64,000 nt of DNA from NCBI GenBank assembly GCA_029261055.1, contig JAJDCA010000015.1, forward strand, positions 19,998 through 83,997. Direction: 5' to 3'. The notes beneath the pieces were generated by a model. It was not told the DNA's origin and ran no database searches. It saw only the letters and a program-made list of their open reading frames with translations. This document shows positions 43,684 through 52,904 of the stretch, piece by piece. Numbering within the stretch: the stretch's first letter is position 1; the number at the start of each line of letters is the position of its first letter. Source of the DNA: Candidatus Omnitrophota bacterium (GTDB lineage: Bacteria; Omnitrophota; Gorgyraeia; Zapsychrales; Zapsychraceae). Both the position numbers and the translations under genes were made by a program.

Positions 43684-45969
43684 ATGTGGATGAAATGGGT
43701 TCCTTGGCGATTTATTATTCAGAATGCGGCGAGGAAGAATGGGTTTTTGGATCCGGTAGAGGTGTTTACGCGGTTGGAACGGTTTGCGCAGCCGTCGGAG
43801 GTTGCGGCCCCTATTCAATTGCTTCGGTCTGGCGTTGTTTTGCATGCGCGGGGTTTGGTCAATAGTCAGGCGATTCAGCATAATCTGGATTGGGTGTGGC
43901 CGTATTGGGTGGAACGTCAATTTAATCCGGAAGATAGTTCTTTTATTCCACGTGCTTTCTCGATTACGCATATTAATTTAACGCACCGAAATTGGACGGC
44001 CGTGGGTTTGCCGGATTGTGATGAGCTTCCTATTGTAGACCCACGTGGTTTGGTAACACCTTTTTTTGATGGGTGGTCGATTGATTGTTGGATGGTTGAT
44101 GAGGAGCGCAAGTATCTTCTTCCATCGCGCCTTGCTTCTGTGACGCAAAGTATTGATTTTAACAATGAAGTTATTGTGACAACAGATGCGAGGGCAGAAG
44201 GTAAACAGCTCACTTCAAAAGTTTCGGTTATCGGGGATGTGGTGGCGCCGGTTTGTCAAATCCAAATCGAAGGGACGAGTCAATCTAAACGAGGTTGGAT
44301 TGTTGTGGCGCTTAGGCCGTACAATCCTGAAGGGGTGAGTTTTATCCATGACGTCGAATTACTTTCGAATCATCGAGGCTGGAGAGTTAATGATAAACAA
44401 AATGTGAATTTTGATGTTATTCCAGATAAGCATGTTTTTTCTGATTATTTGCAAGGCGACGTGTTTAGTCATCTTTCTGAATCAGATGATCGTACGAAAA
44501 TACGATGTAAGGTGGGGCTAGCTACAGCAGCCGCACAATTTGAACTTTCGCCGAATAAATCCCGCAACATTACGCTCGCCATTCCTTTGAAGGGAAAACA
44601 GAATGTGGCCATCAAACAACAAACTTCCATTGAGAGTTGGGATGCAAGTTTGCAGGATGCCTGCCAGTTAAGTATTCCAGACGACAAAATTAAGTTTCTC
44701 TATGATGTTGCAGTAAGAACACTCGTCTTGCATTCTCCCGATGAAGTTTATCCCGGCCCGTACACGTACAAACGGTTTTGGTTTCGTGATGCGGCGTTCA
44801 TATTACATGCGATGTTGTGCATGGGGCTTAAAGATCGTGTCCGACGTGTGATGGATTTTTTTCCCTCCAAGCAGACGCTCAAAGGATACTTTCTTTCGCA
44901 AGAAGGTGAATGGGATTCTAACGGTGAAGCCTTGTGGATTATGGAAAAGTATTGTCGTATGACGGGTAACCCTCTTCCTGAATTTTGGCACAAGGCGGTT
45001 GATTTGGGTGGACGATGGATTATGCACAAACGATTGAAAGGACATCACAATACGCTTTGTGCAGGATTGTTTCCGCCGGGATTTAGTGCCGAACATTTAG
45101 GACCGAATGATTATTATTATTGGGATGATTTCTGGGGTGTGGCTGGTTTGAAGGCAGCGGGTTATTTAACAGAAACATTAGGTCATAAAAGCCGAGCGCA
45201 ATATTTTTGGGGTGAGGCCAAGCATTTTATGGATGACATTGAACAAAGCTTGTTTAAGGTAGTCGAACGCTTGGAACAATCCATCATACCGGCGTCACCT
45301 TATCGACGTATGGATGCCGGGGCCATTGGTTCAATCGTTGTCGATTATCCGCTTAAGTTGTGGCCAGCAAAGGATGCGCGGCTTACAAACACAATGGATT
45401 TTCTCCTGCAACATTGTTGTGTGAAGGGCGGATTCTTCCAGGACATGACGCATTCGGGGATTAATCCGTATTTGACATTACACATGGCGCAGGTGTTATT
45501 ACGCAGTGGAGACAATCGGTATTTTGATTTGATGCAGACCGTTGCTAAATTGGCATCCTCCACTGGCCAATGGCCCGAGGCGATTCATCCGATTACGTTG
45601 GGTGGATGCATGGGGGATGGGCAGCATGTCTGGGCGGCCGCGGAATGGATATTGATGATACGAAATTGCTTTGTGCGTGAGGAGGAGAATAGATTGATTC
45701 TGGGCTCAGGTGTTCCCAAAGTGTGGATCGGTCCAGGCAAGACAATTTCTTTCGGTCCTGTGCACACTGATTTTGGAACGTTGAATATGACAATTAAAAA
45801 GAGTGACGATGATGTCAATGTATGTTGGGAAGGGGAGTGGTTGAAGGAAGAACCGACAATTGAAGTGGCATTGCCGGGGTTTAGCAAGATCGTTGCGCAA
45901 CCCGGAACAACAAGGCTTGCGGTGAAGAAACAAGAAGCAGAGGTGCAAGAAGTAAGAGACAAGATGTAG
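43684..45969 (+). CDS. Six-hairpin glycosidase, GH15 (glucoamylase/trehalase)-like, with an N-terminal beta-sandwich domain.
   Basis: GPYTYKRFWFRDAAFILHAM resembles the GH15 YxYxWxRDAA motif. GEWDSNGEALW also fits. There is a strong RBS (aaggaggtcactATG). Confidence 0.5.
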   Translation: MWMKWVPWRFIIQNAARKNGFLDPVEVFTRLERFAQPSEVAAPIQLLRSGVVLHARGLVNSQAIQHNLDWVWPYWVERQFNPEDSSFIPRAFSITHINLTHRNWTAVGLPDCDELPIVDPRGLVTPFFDGWSIDCWMVDEERKYLLPSRLASVTQSIDFNNEVIVTTDARAEGKQLTSKVSVIGDVVAPVCQIQIEGTSQSKRGWIVVALRPYNPEGVSFIHDVELLSNHRGWRVNDKQNVNFDVIPDKHVFSDYLQGDVFSHLSESDDRTKIRCKVGLATAAAQFELSPNKSRNITLAIPLKGKQNVAIKQQTSIESWDASLQDACQLSIPDDKIKFLYDVAVRTLVLHSPDEVYPGPYTYKRFWFRDAAFILHAMLCMGLKDRVRRVMDFFPSKQTLKGYFLSQEGEWDSNGEALWIMEKYCRMTGNPLPEFWHKAVDLGGRWIMHKRLKGHHNTLCAGLFPPGFSAEHLGPNDYYYWDDFWGVAGLKAAGYLTETLGHKSRAQYFWGEAKHFMDDIEQSLFKVVERLEQSIIPASPYRRMDAGAIGSIVVDYPLKLWPAKDARLTNTMDFLLQHCCVKGGFFQDMTHSGINPYLTLHMAQVLLRSGDNRYFDLMQTVAKLASSTGQWPEAIHPITLGGCMGDGQHVWAAAEWILMIRNCFVREEENRLILGSGVPKVWIGPGKTISFGPVHTDFGTLNMTIKKSDDDVNVCWEGEWLKEEPTIEVALPGFSKIVAQPGTTRLAVKKQEAEVQEVRDKM

Positions 45970-46166
45970 AGAAGTAAGAGGTAGAGAGGCAAGAAGTAAA
46001 GAGATAAGAAGCAAAGAAGTAAGAGATAGAGGAGCAGAGAAGTAGAGAAGTGAGTAATTAAAAAATATGAATAATTTTCTATTTTGTTTTTTGCATCTTA
46101 CTTCTCTATTTCTCTACATCTTGCTTCTCAACTCTGCCTCTTGTTTCTTACATCTCTACTTCTCTT
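45945..46166. repeat. Purine-arm/pyrimidine-arm inverted-repeat element, copy 3 (~220 bp). It overlaps the last codons of the GH15-like gene.
   Basis: gaagcagaggtgcaagaagtaagagacaagatgtagagaagtaagaggtagagaggcaagaagtaaagagataagaag..., then a loop (aaaaaatatgaataattttctattttg), then ...catcttacttctctatttctctacatcttgcttctcaactctgcctcttgtttcttacatctctacttctctt. Confidence 0.6.
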
Positions 46167-46182
46167 AACAAGGCGGTGAAGA

Positions 46183-49100
46183 ATGAAAATTCTCATGATG
46201 ACCAACACATACACACCCATTGTCGGGGGGGTTGAGGCATCTATTCAGTCTCTGACGAGGCAACTCAAAGAAAAGGGACATGAGGTGGTGATTGTGGCGC
46301 CGTGTTTTGAAGCTATGCCTGAGCAGGAAGAGGGTGTTGTGCGTATTCCTGCGATTCAGAAATTTAATCATACCGATTTTTCGGTGAATTTGCCTATTCC
46401 GGGTTTATTAGAAAAATTGATGTTTGATTTTAAACCGGATATTGTGCATAGCCATCATCCATTTTTGATTGGCGACATGGCATTACGGTTAAGTGGTCAG
46501 TATGGCATACCGCTTATTTTTACGTATCACACGATGTATGAAGAATACATTCATTATCTTCCCTTTCAAAATAATATGATTCGGCGTTTTGTGATTGAAC
46601 TTTCAGCCGGTTATGCCAATCTTGCCGACCAGGTGATTGTTCCTACAAGAAGTGTGAGAGATATTTTGCATGCGCGTGGTGTGGATACGCCGATAGACAT
46701 TATTCCGACGGGGATTGATGTTAAGAAATTTTCTCAAGGGAAAGGTACGGCTATGCGTCAAAGTTTTAACATTCCGCGTGAGGCCTTTGTGATCGGACAT
46801 GTCGGGCGTTTAGCCCCTGAAAAGAATTTGGAATTTCTGGCTCATGCTGTAACAGAATTTTTAAAAGAAGATCAGAATGCTCATTTTTTACTCGTTGGTA
46901 AAGGGCCCTGCGAAAAAGTTGTTCAAGAAATATTTCATGCAAAAGGTATGGATGCGCGGATACATTGTAGCGGCGTTTTAAGGGATGCGGCGTTGGCGAA
47001 TGCGTATCATGTCATGGATATTTTTGCATTTACGTCTCAGACGGAAACACAAGGGCTTGTTTTGGCTGAGGCATTGGCTGCAGGTATTCCGGTTGTGGCG
47101 CTTGATGCCCCGGGTGTGCGGGATATTGTGAAAGATACTATTAATGGACGGATTATTCATGGGCAGGAGCGTGACACATTTGTGTCAACACTCATGGAAT
47201 GCCGGCAAAAATCTTCGACTGATTTTCAGGAAATGAAAAAAAATGCACAAAAAAGTATTCAGCATTTTTCCTGCGAAGAGACGGCACGGAATATTTTTAA
47301 AGTTTATGGCCAGGCAAAATTACAGAAAAAGAAAAGGCGTGAAATAGACAACAGCCTTTGGCAGATGACGATGCAGCGTATTAAGACGGAATGGAGTATG
47401 GTTAAGAATTTAGCTGACGCTTCAGAAGCGGCTTACAGCGAGACGGCGTTTGATATTAAAACGCCACGCCATGCCCCTCAAAATAATTGGATGTTACGAT
47501 TACGACGTTGGCTCAACACACATGAATGGTCGGCTCGGATTTTGAAGCTGTCGCAATCTACGGGGACAGAATCCAAGCCTGGGTTAATTATGATTCAGAT
47601 TGATGGTTTTTCAAAAACACAGTTTGAAAATGCATTAAAAAATAAAGAAATGCCGTTTTGTCAGGGGTTATTACATAAACAGCGATACAAAATTTATCCT
47701 TTTTTTACCGGCATGCCATCGACGACACCTTCTGTTCAAGGAGAGTTGTTTTATGGCGTTAAACAAATTGTGCCGGCGTTTTCGTATTTTGATCAACGTG
47801 CCCAGAAAGTTTTTACAATGTTTGATGGCGATGATGCGACGGAAATTGAACGGCGGCTGAAAGAACGTGGAGGGCCGGGATTACTCGAAGGGGGGAGTTC
47901 GTATTCGAATGTGTATGCCGGAGGCGCCAAAGAAGCACATTTTTGTGCCATATCCTTGGGTTTGGATAAAATTTGGAAGGATGTTAATCCTTTAAGTATC
48001 ATTCTTTTAGCCCTAACACATTTTGTGACACTCATACGTATTATTCTGCTGGTCAGTCTGGAGATGGTATTGGCGACGATGGATTTTATTTTTGGATTGA
48101 TTGACGGGGAAAATTTTCGAAAGGAATTTAAGTTCGTCTCAACGCGGGGGTTGATTTGTATTTTGTTGCGCGAATTGATTACGCTTGGCTCCAAGATTGA
48201 TATTGCGCGGGGTTTGCCTATTATTCATTTAAATTTTTTAGGGTACGATGAGCAGGCTCATCGAAGAGGGCCATCATCTAAGTTTGCCCATTGGGCGTTG
48301 AAAGGGATTGATTTATCCATTGCGGATATTTACAAAAATGCTCTGCAGTCAACGCGTCGGAATTATGATGTTTGGATTTATTCTGATCATGGACAGGAGG
48401 ATACATCTTCGTACATGATTGAGCATGGGATGTACGTATTTGAGGCGATCGAGAAACTTTATCGTCAGATGTACGGAATCTCATCTGAAAAGGGGTCGGT
48501 GCATACCGATTTTAGGGGGCACAACGGCTTAGCCGGGAAGCGCCGTGCTCAAACAACGACTCACGACGTTCGTCTAAACTGCGCGCGGCACTCCCCGGCT
48601 AAGCCGTTTAACGTGCCCCCTAAAATTGGTAGGCACCAAGGAGGATGCTCCAGTTTTCGAGAATGGCAGGAGCCACCGCAGCGGGGAATTCAATTTTCTC
48701 GTGCACGTTATTTAGGGAAGAGGTTTATTCAAAATGTTTTTACGTCGGAAAAAGTATTGGACCATGATGATATTAAAGTGACAGCGATTGGGCCGACCGG
48801 GAATATTTATTTAACCAAGGAATTGAATGAAGATGAAAATTTTTTGTTTGCCCGTAAACTTGTGCGGACATTAAAAATTCCTTTGGTATTTTTAAGGGAA
48901 GGACCTGGGAAAGTGCGCGCATTTAATAAACATGGTGAGTTTATTTTACCGGATCAGGCCAAAGAGGTTTTGGGGGAAGATCATCCTTATTTGAAAGAAG
49001 TCACGCAGGATTTGATTGCGGTGTGTCATCATGCCAGTGCAGGGACTTTTACATTTTCCGGTTGGCGGCCGCATAAAAAACCGGTTAGTTTTCCTATTGA

Positions 49101-50037
49101 AAATGGGGCGCATGCCGGGCCGGGGATTCGGGAGACGAATGCCTTTGCACTTATGCCGTCGGATATTGTGGCATTGCCATCAACGAGGGCGTATCTTCGT
49201 ACCATGGATTTGCGTGAATATGCCTTACAATTTTTGGGGAGGACAGCGCCAGAGAAAATTGATGCAGAAGTTTACATTTCTAAGAAAACAAACACAACTA
49301 AGAAAATACGGATTATGACCTACAATGTGCATAATTGTCAGGGGATGGATGGCAAAACGTCGCCTGAACGTATTGCGCGTGTGATTGCACGGCATGAACC
49401 GGATATTGTGGCTTTGCAAGAGTTGGATGTGAAGCGTCACCGGACAGGAGGTATTGATCAGCCGCATTTGATTGCGAAGCATTTAAAAATGATTTACCAT
49501 TTTCATCCTAATATTTGCATAGAAGAAGGGCTTTATGGCAATGCGATTTTAAGCCGTTATCCCATGAAGTTGATTTATGCTAGCCGTCTGCCCATATTAC
49601 CGGGACGCCCTGATTTAGAATTTCGTGGGGCTATTTGGGCGACTGTTGATGTGGAAGGAACAAGGGTTCAGATTTTTAACACACATTTGGGCCTACGGCC
49701 AAAAGAACAGTTACGACAAGCAGAGGCATTAGTCGGGGAAGATTGGCTGACACACTCAGCTTGTGATGGGCCAGTTATCCTTTGTGGTGATTTTAATGCC
49801 TTGCCTGGATCGTCCGTGGTACGCCGTATTACAGAAACTCTTCGTGATGCGCAGGTTGAACTAGATAATCATCGTCCTCATCCAACCTGGTTTAGCCCTT
49901 ACCCGCTAGGCCGCATCGATCATATCTTTATCAACCCGCAAATAGAAGTTACCCGAGCCCACGTCTCCAAGACCGCATTAGACAAAACCGCCTCCGACCA
50001 TCTGCCCTTGGTGGTGGATGTGATGGTTAAAAATTAA
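46183..50037 (+). CDS. Tri-domain protein: a GT4 glycosyltransferase, an alkaline-phosphatase-superfamily NPP-type phosphodiesterase, and an endonuclease/exonuclease/phosphatase (EEP) domain.
   Basis: GT4 N-terminus (MKILMMTNTYTPIVGGVEA... and the E-x7-E motif QTETQGLVLAEALAAG). A middle NPP-like region (IQIDGFSKTQFENAL...YPFFTGMPSTTPSVQGELFYG...HLNFLGYDEQAHRRGP...YSDHGQ). A C-terminal EEP (IMTYNVHNCQGMDGKTSPERIARVIARHEPDIVALQELD...CGDFNALPGS...DHIF). Confidence 0.7.
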   Translation: MKILMMTNTYTPIVGGVEASIQSLTRQLKEKGHEVVIVAPCFEAMPEQEEGVVRIPAIQKFNHTDFSVNLPIPGLLEKLMFDFKPDIVHSHHPFLIGDMALRLSGQYGIPLIFTYHTMYEEYIHYLPFQNNMIRRFVIELSAGYANLADQVIVPTRSVRDILHARGVDTPIDIIPTGIDVKKFSQGKGTAMRQSFNIPREAFVIGHVGRLAPEKNLEFLAHAVTEFLKEDQNAHFLLVGKGPCEKVVQEIFHAKGMDARIHCSGVLRDAALANAYHVMDIFAFTSQTETQGLVLAEALAAGIPVVALDAPGVRDIVKDTINGRIIHGQERDTFVSTLMECRQKSSTDFQEMKKNAQKSIQHFSCEETARNIFKVYGQAKLQKKKRREIDNSLWQMTMQRIKTEWSMVKNLADASEAAYSETAFDIKTPRHAPQNNWMLRLRRWLNTHEWSARILKLSQSTGTESKPGLIMIQIDGFSKTQFENALKNKEMPFCQGLLHKQRYKIYPFFTGMPSTTPSVQGELFYGVKQIVPAFSYFDQRAQKVFTMFDGDDATEIERRLKERGGPGLLEGGSSYSNVYAGGAKEAHFCAISLGLDKIWKDVNPLSIILLALTHFVTLIRIILLVSLEMVLATMDFIFGLIDGENFRKEFKFVSTRGLICILLRELITLGSKIDIARGLPIIHLNFLGYDEQAHRRGPSSKFAHWALKGIDLSIADIYKNALQSTRRNYDVWIYSDHGQEDTSSYMIEHGMYVFEAIEKLYRQMYGISSEKGSVHTDFRGHNGLAGKRRAQTTTHDVRLNCARHSPAKPFNVPPKIGRHQGGCSSFREWQEPPQRGIQFSRARYLGKRFIQNVFTSEKVLDHDDIKVTAIGPTGNIYLTKELNEDENFLFARKLVRTLKIPLVFLREGPGKVRAFNKHGEFILPDQAKEVLGEDHPYLKEVTQDLIAVCHHASAGTFTFSGWRPHKKPVSFPIENGAHAGPGIRETNAFALMPSDIVALPSTRAYLRTMDLREYALQFLGRTAPEKIDAEVYISKKTNTTKKIRIMTYNVHNCQGMDGKTSPERIARVIARHEPDIVALQELDVKRHRTGGIDQPHLIAKHLKMIYHFHPNICIEEGLYGNAILSRYPMKLIYASRLPILPGRPDLEFRGAIWATVDVEGTRVQIFNTHLGLRPKEQLRQAEALVGEDWLTHSACDGPVILCGDFNALPGSSVVRRITETLRDAQVELDNHRPHPTWFSPYPLGRIDHIFINPQIEVTRAHVSKTALDKTASDHLPLVVDVMVKN

Positions 50038-50085
50038 TTTCTTTTTATTCCTTTTTTTTGATTAACGTTTTACAATAGTGGACAC

Positions 50086-50469
50086 ATGAGCAAAATTAAT
50101 TTTACAGTCGAAGAAAAAGAAAATTTGTACATCTTGCGGATGCGGGGGGATATTACGACGGAGAGTTTGCCTGAATACCGTCAAGTGGTGGATGATTTGA
50201 TGAAGGATTTGGATGTGCAAAATAAAAAAGATCTCAGCTTTATTGTAGATTATGACGGTGTGGGTGAGGTGGATAGTGCGGCTGTGGCAAATATTTTGGA
50301 GCGTTTAACAAACGCGGTCAGGACTGATCACAGGGTTGTGTTTATTAATGTTCCTGAGAAATTTAGTAATTTAGTCGATATTCTTCAAGTCGGTGATTCG
50401 ATAAAGATTTACGATTCGGAGCAACAAGCTATTGAGGAACTAAGGAAGATAGGAGAAGCAGAGAAGTAA
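50086..50469 (+). CDS. STAS-domain anti-sigma-factor antagonist (SpoIIAA-like).
   Basis: 127 aa with a STAS fold pattern (LYILRMRGDITTESLPEYRQVVDD...VVFINVPEKFSNLVDILQVGDSIKIY). Confidence 0.7.
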   Translation: MSKINFTVEEKENLYILRMRGDITTESLPEYRQVVDDLMKDLDVQNKKDLSFIVDYDGVGEVDSAAVANILERLTNAVRTDHRVVFINVPEKFSNLVDILQVGDSIKIYDSEQQAIEELRKIGEAEK

Positions 50470-50665
50470 GAAACAAGAAGTAGAGAAGTAAGATTCAAGA
50501 AGCAGAAAATTAGAGAGGAAAAACACAAGAAGCAAAGCGGAAAGAATCAGAGAATCAGAGAAGTAGAGAATTCAAAAAATTCAATAGCGGATGGCTAAAG
50601 TTTTCCGAATGCATTCTTTTTTGCTTTTTCTCTACATCTTGTTTCTTACATCTATGCTTCTTTTA
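50446..50665. repeat. Purine-arm/pyrimidine-arm inverted-repeat element, copy 4. It overlaps the STAS gene 3' end.
   Basis: aggagaagcagagaagtaagaaacaagaagtagagaagtaagattcaagaagcagaaaattagagagg..., then a loop, then ttttgctttttctctacatcttgtttcttacatctatgcttctttt. Confidence 0.55.
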
Positions 50666-50679
50666 ATAAGGGAGATAAT

Positions 50680-51747
50680 ATGAATACAGAATCAAAAAAA
50701 TTTTTATGCAACCTTTTGGCGCAATGTGGACCTTCGGGATTTGAGGAAACGGCGCAAGCGGTGTGGGTGAAACGAACGAAGCAATTTTCCGACAAGGTGA
50801 CGCGGGATGTGCATGGGAATGCTGTGGGTATTCTTAATCCTAAAGCGCCGTTTAAAGTGATGCTCGCTGGGCATTGTGATGAAATAGGGTTTATTGTATC
50901 ACATATTTCTAATGACGGTTATTTGCATATTATTCCAATCGGTGGCATTGATACCGGTGTTCTTCCTGGGTCACAAGTTAAAGTTCAAACGGAAAAGGGA
51001 TGGATTGATGGCGTAATTGGAAAAAAAGCTATTCATTTGATGGAAGTGGAAGAACGTCGAAAAGTTTTGCCGATGAAGGAATTGTGGGTGGATATCGGAG
51101 CCAAAGACCGGGATGATGCCTTAAAGGTTACCAAGGTGGGTGATCCGATTTCTTACGCGCCGAATTATCTTGAATTACGGAATAATATTTTTTCTTCTAA
51201 GGGCTGTGACAATAAGATGGGGGCCTTTGTCGTCTCTGAAGTGCAGAAGATTTTAAGTCAAAAGAAATCCAAATTAAAGGTTGGGGTGTATTCAGTCTCT
51301 ACTGTGCAAGAAGAAGTAGGTTTGCGTGGGGCAACGACGAGCGCTTTTGGCATTGATCCACAGGCGGCCATTGCGGTGGATGTTGGTTTTTCATCGGACA
51401 CGCCGGGGATTGATAAGCGTCTTGTTGGGGAAGTTTCTTTAGGCAAAGGGCCCATTTTGCATTGTGGTCCGCAAATCAATCGTGTATTGGGTAAATTATT
51501 AGAGACGGTTGCTAAAAAGAAGAAAATTCCTTGCCAAATGTCTTCGCTGGGACGGCCGGGAGGCACAGACACAGCCGCTATTCAGATTACGCGTGCAGGA
51601 GTCGCTACAGCCTTAATTAGTATTCCTAATCGTTACATGCATACAATGGTGGAAACGTGTTCAACGGACGATTTAGTCGCAGCATCGAATCTTATTGCTG
51701 AGACTATTTTAAATATTACCCCAAAAACAGATTTTGTTCCAAAATAA
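50680..51747 (+). CDS. M42-family aminopeptidase (FrvX/glutamyl aminopeptidase-like).
   Basis: HCDEIGF and GCDNKMGAF metal-ligand motifs. 355 aa. Confidence 0.8.
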   Translation: MNTESKKFLCNLLAQCGPSGFEETAQAVWVKRTKQFSDKVTRDVHGNAVGILNPKAPFKVMLAGHCDEIGFIVSHISNDGYLHIIPIGGIDTGVLPGSQVKVQTEKGWIDGVIGKKAIHLMEVEERRKVLPMKELWVDIGAKDRDDALKVTKVGDPISYAPNYLELRNNIFSSKGCDNKMGAFVVSEVQKILSQKKSKLKVGVYSVSTVQEEVGLRGATTSAFGIDPQAAIAVDVGFSSDTPGIDKRLVGEVSLGKGPILHCGPQINRVLGKLLETVAKKKKIPCQMSSLGRPGGTDTAAIQITRAGVATALISIPNRYMHTMVETCSTDDLVAASNLIAETILNITPKTDFVPK

Positions 51748-52019
51748 TGAAACAAGAAGAAATTAGCTGGGACAGTTCAGCAGAAGAAAATTTTAAACAA
51801 TTGATTGCCAAAATGCCGGTGTTTGTACGCGGCATGGCCGAGAAGGCCGTCGCTAAAAAGGCAGAAGATATCACTCTACAAGATAACCGTTCGGTTGTGG
51901 GAGAAAAAGATTTTATTGACGCTCTTTTTTCGGAAACACCTTTTGGTTTTCACGGCCTCATGAAAAGCGACCTAAACGAACTCGGCATTAATTACACCCA
52001 ATACGGTCATCCGGAGTAA
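51747..52019 (+). CDS. Small PCP_red-domain-like protein.
   Basis: SWDSSAEENFKQLIAKMPVFVRGMAEKAVAKKA resembles the W..EAE..L..IPFFVR pattern of the protochlorophyllide-reductase C-terminal domain family. Confidence 0.4.
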   Translation: MKQEEISWDSSAEENFKQLIAKMPVFVRGMAEKAVAKKAEDITLQDNRSVVGEKDFIDALFSETPFGFHGLMKSDLNELGINYTQYGHPE

Positions 52020-52021
52020 AT

Positions 52022-52417
52022 ATGAAAATAAAAATATTAATTATTTGTTTATTAGCAGCGGGGGCCGGTTGTGCGTCTTCGTTAACGAAAGAAATTGAAT
52101 CTGTTTCGGCGCAGTACGCAACGATTGCTTTTGAGGATGGCATTGGTTTGAAAGAGGCTAAGCTTATTGCGCAGCAAGAATTGATCAAACAAAAATTAGT
52201 AGACATTTACGATCTTTCCTTGCCGCAGATAGCTAGGAATGTTTCAACCTTGCCAAACTATCATAATTATTGGTTTATTTCTTTTAAGGAAAGAAAGCCG
52301 GATAGTATTGAGTTCATATTTATGTGTATTATCGACAAGAAAAATGGCCGTGTAAAATTTTCCAATGACTATCCTCCGAGTAAACAGTGGATTTTGGAAG
52401 CTGCTTTGCTTGGTTAG
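52022..52417 (+). CDS. Lipoprotein of unknown function.
   Basis: The signal peptide has a lipobox (LLAAGAGC-A). Confidence 0.5.
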   Translation: MKIKILIICLLAAGAGCASSLTKEIESVSAQYATIAFEDGIGLKEAKLIAQQELIKQKLVDIYDLSLPQIARNVSTLPNYHNYWFISFKERKPDSIEFIFMCIIDKKNGRVKFSNDYPPSKQWILEAALLG

Positions 52418-52446
52418 AAATCGTGTTTATTTCTCTGTTATTTTAG

Positions 52447-52474
52447 TTGACGAAATCGAAAAAATAGTTAATAC
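52447..52474 (+). promoter_or_regulatory. Sigma70-like promoter candidate for cspA (TTGACG, 16 nt, TAATAC), giving a ~120-nt leader.
   Basis: Seen in sequence. Long 5' leaders are typical of cspA genes. Confidence 0.35.
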
Positions 52475-52600
52475 TTACTAACGAGTAAATGAGGAGAAGA
52501 GATCTTAGGCCGTAAAGTAAAAGTTTTTATTTTGCGTTGTTTTAGTATTTTCTGTCTGTCATTATTTACTCAAGCTCATGTTGAAAGGAGGTAGTAAATA

Positions 52601-52801
52601 ATGGCAAAAGGAACAGTAAAGTGGTTTAGCAACCAAAAAGGTTATGGTTTCATCACTCCAGAAGACGGTAAAGATGTATTTGTGCATCACAGCGAAATTC
52701 AGGGTGAAGGTTACAAAACTTTAGAAGAGGGCCAGGCAGTAGAGTTTGAAATTACTGATGGACCTAAAGGTGAACAAGCTAAAAATGTTGTTAAAGCCTA
52801 A
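52601..52801 (+). CDS. cspA: Cold-shock protein, CspA family.
   Basis: [33 protein letters not shown] contains the RNP1 and RNP2 motifs. Strong RBS (aaggaggtagtaaataATG). Confidence 0.9.
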   Translation: MAKGTVKWFSNQKGYGFITPEDGKDVFVHHSEIQGEGYKTLEEGQAVEFEITDGPKGEQAKNVVKA

Positions 52802-52856
52802 TGCGCGTAAAGGTAGATATTTGACTCTATCCTAAAACAACACATAACACATCTAA

Positions 52857-52891
52857 AAGAGGTAATGGTGTAAATCATTACCTCTTTTTTT
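52857..52891 (+). terminator. Rho-independent terminator of cspA.
   Basis: An 11-bp perfect stem (aagaggtaatg / cattacctctt), an 8-nt loop, then TTTTTTT. Confidence 0.8.
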
Positions 52892-52904
52892 ACCGAAAGA
52901 ATTC

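Noticed and set aside
43539-43981. Short ORFs 43539..43865 (+), 43660..43971 (-) and 43784..43981 (+) around the start of the GH15-like gene.
   Set aside because: They overlap a 761-aa ORF that has a strong RBS. No independent support.
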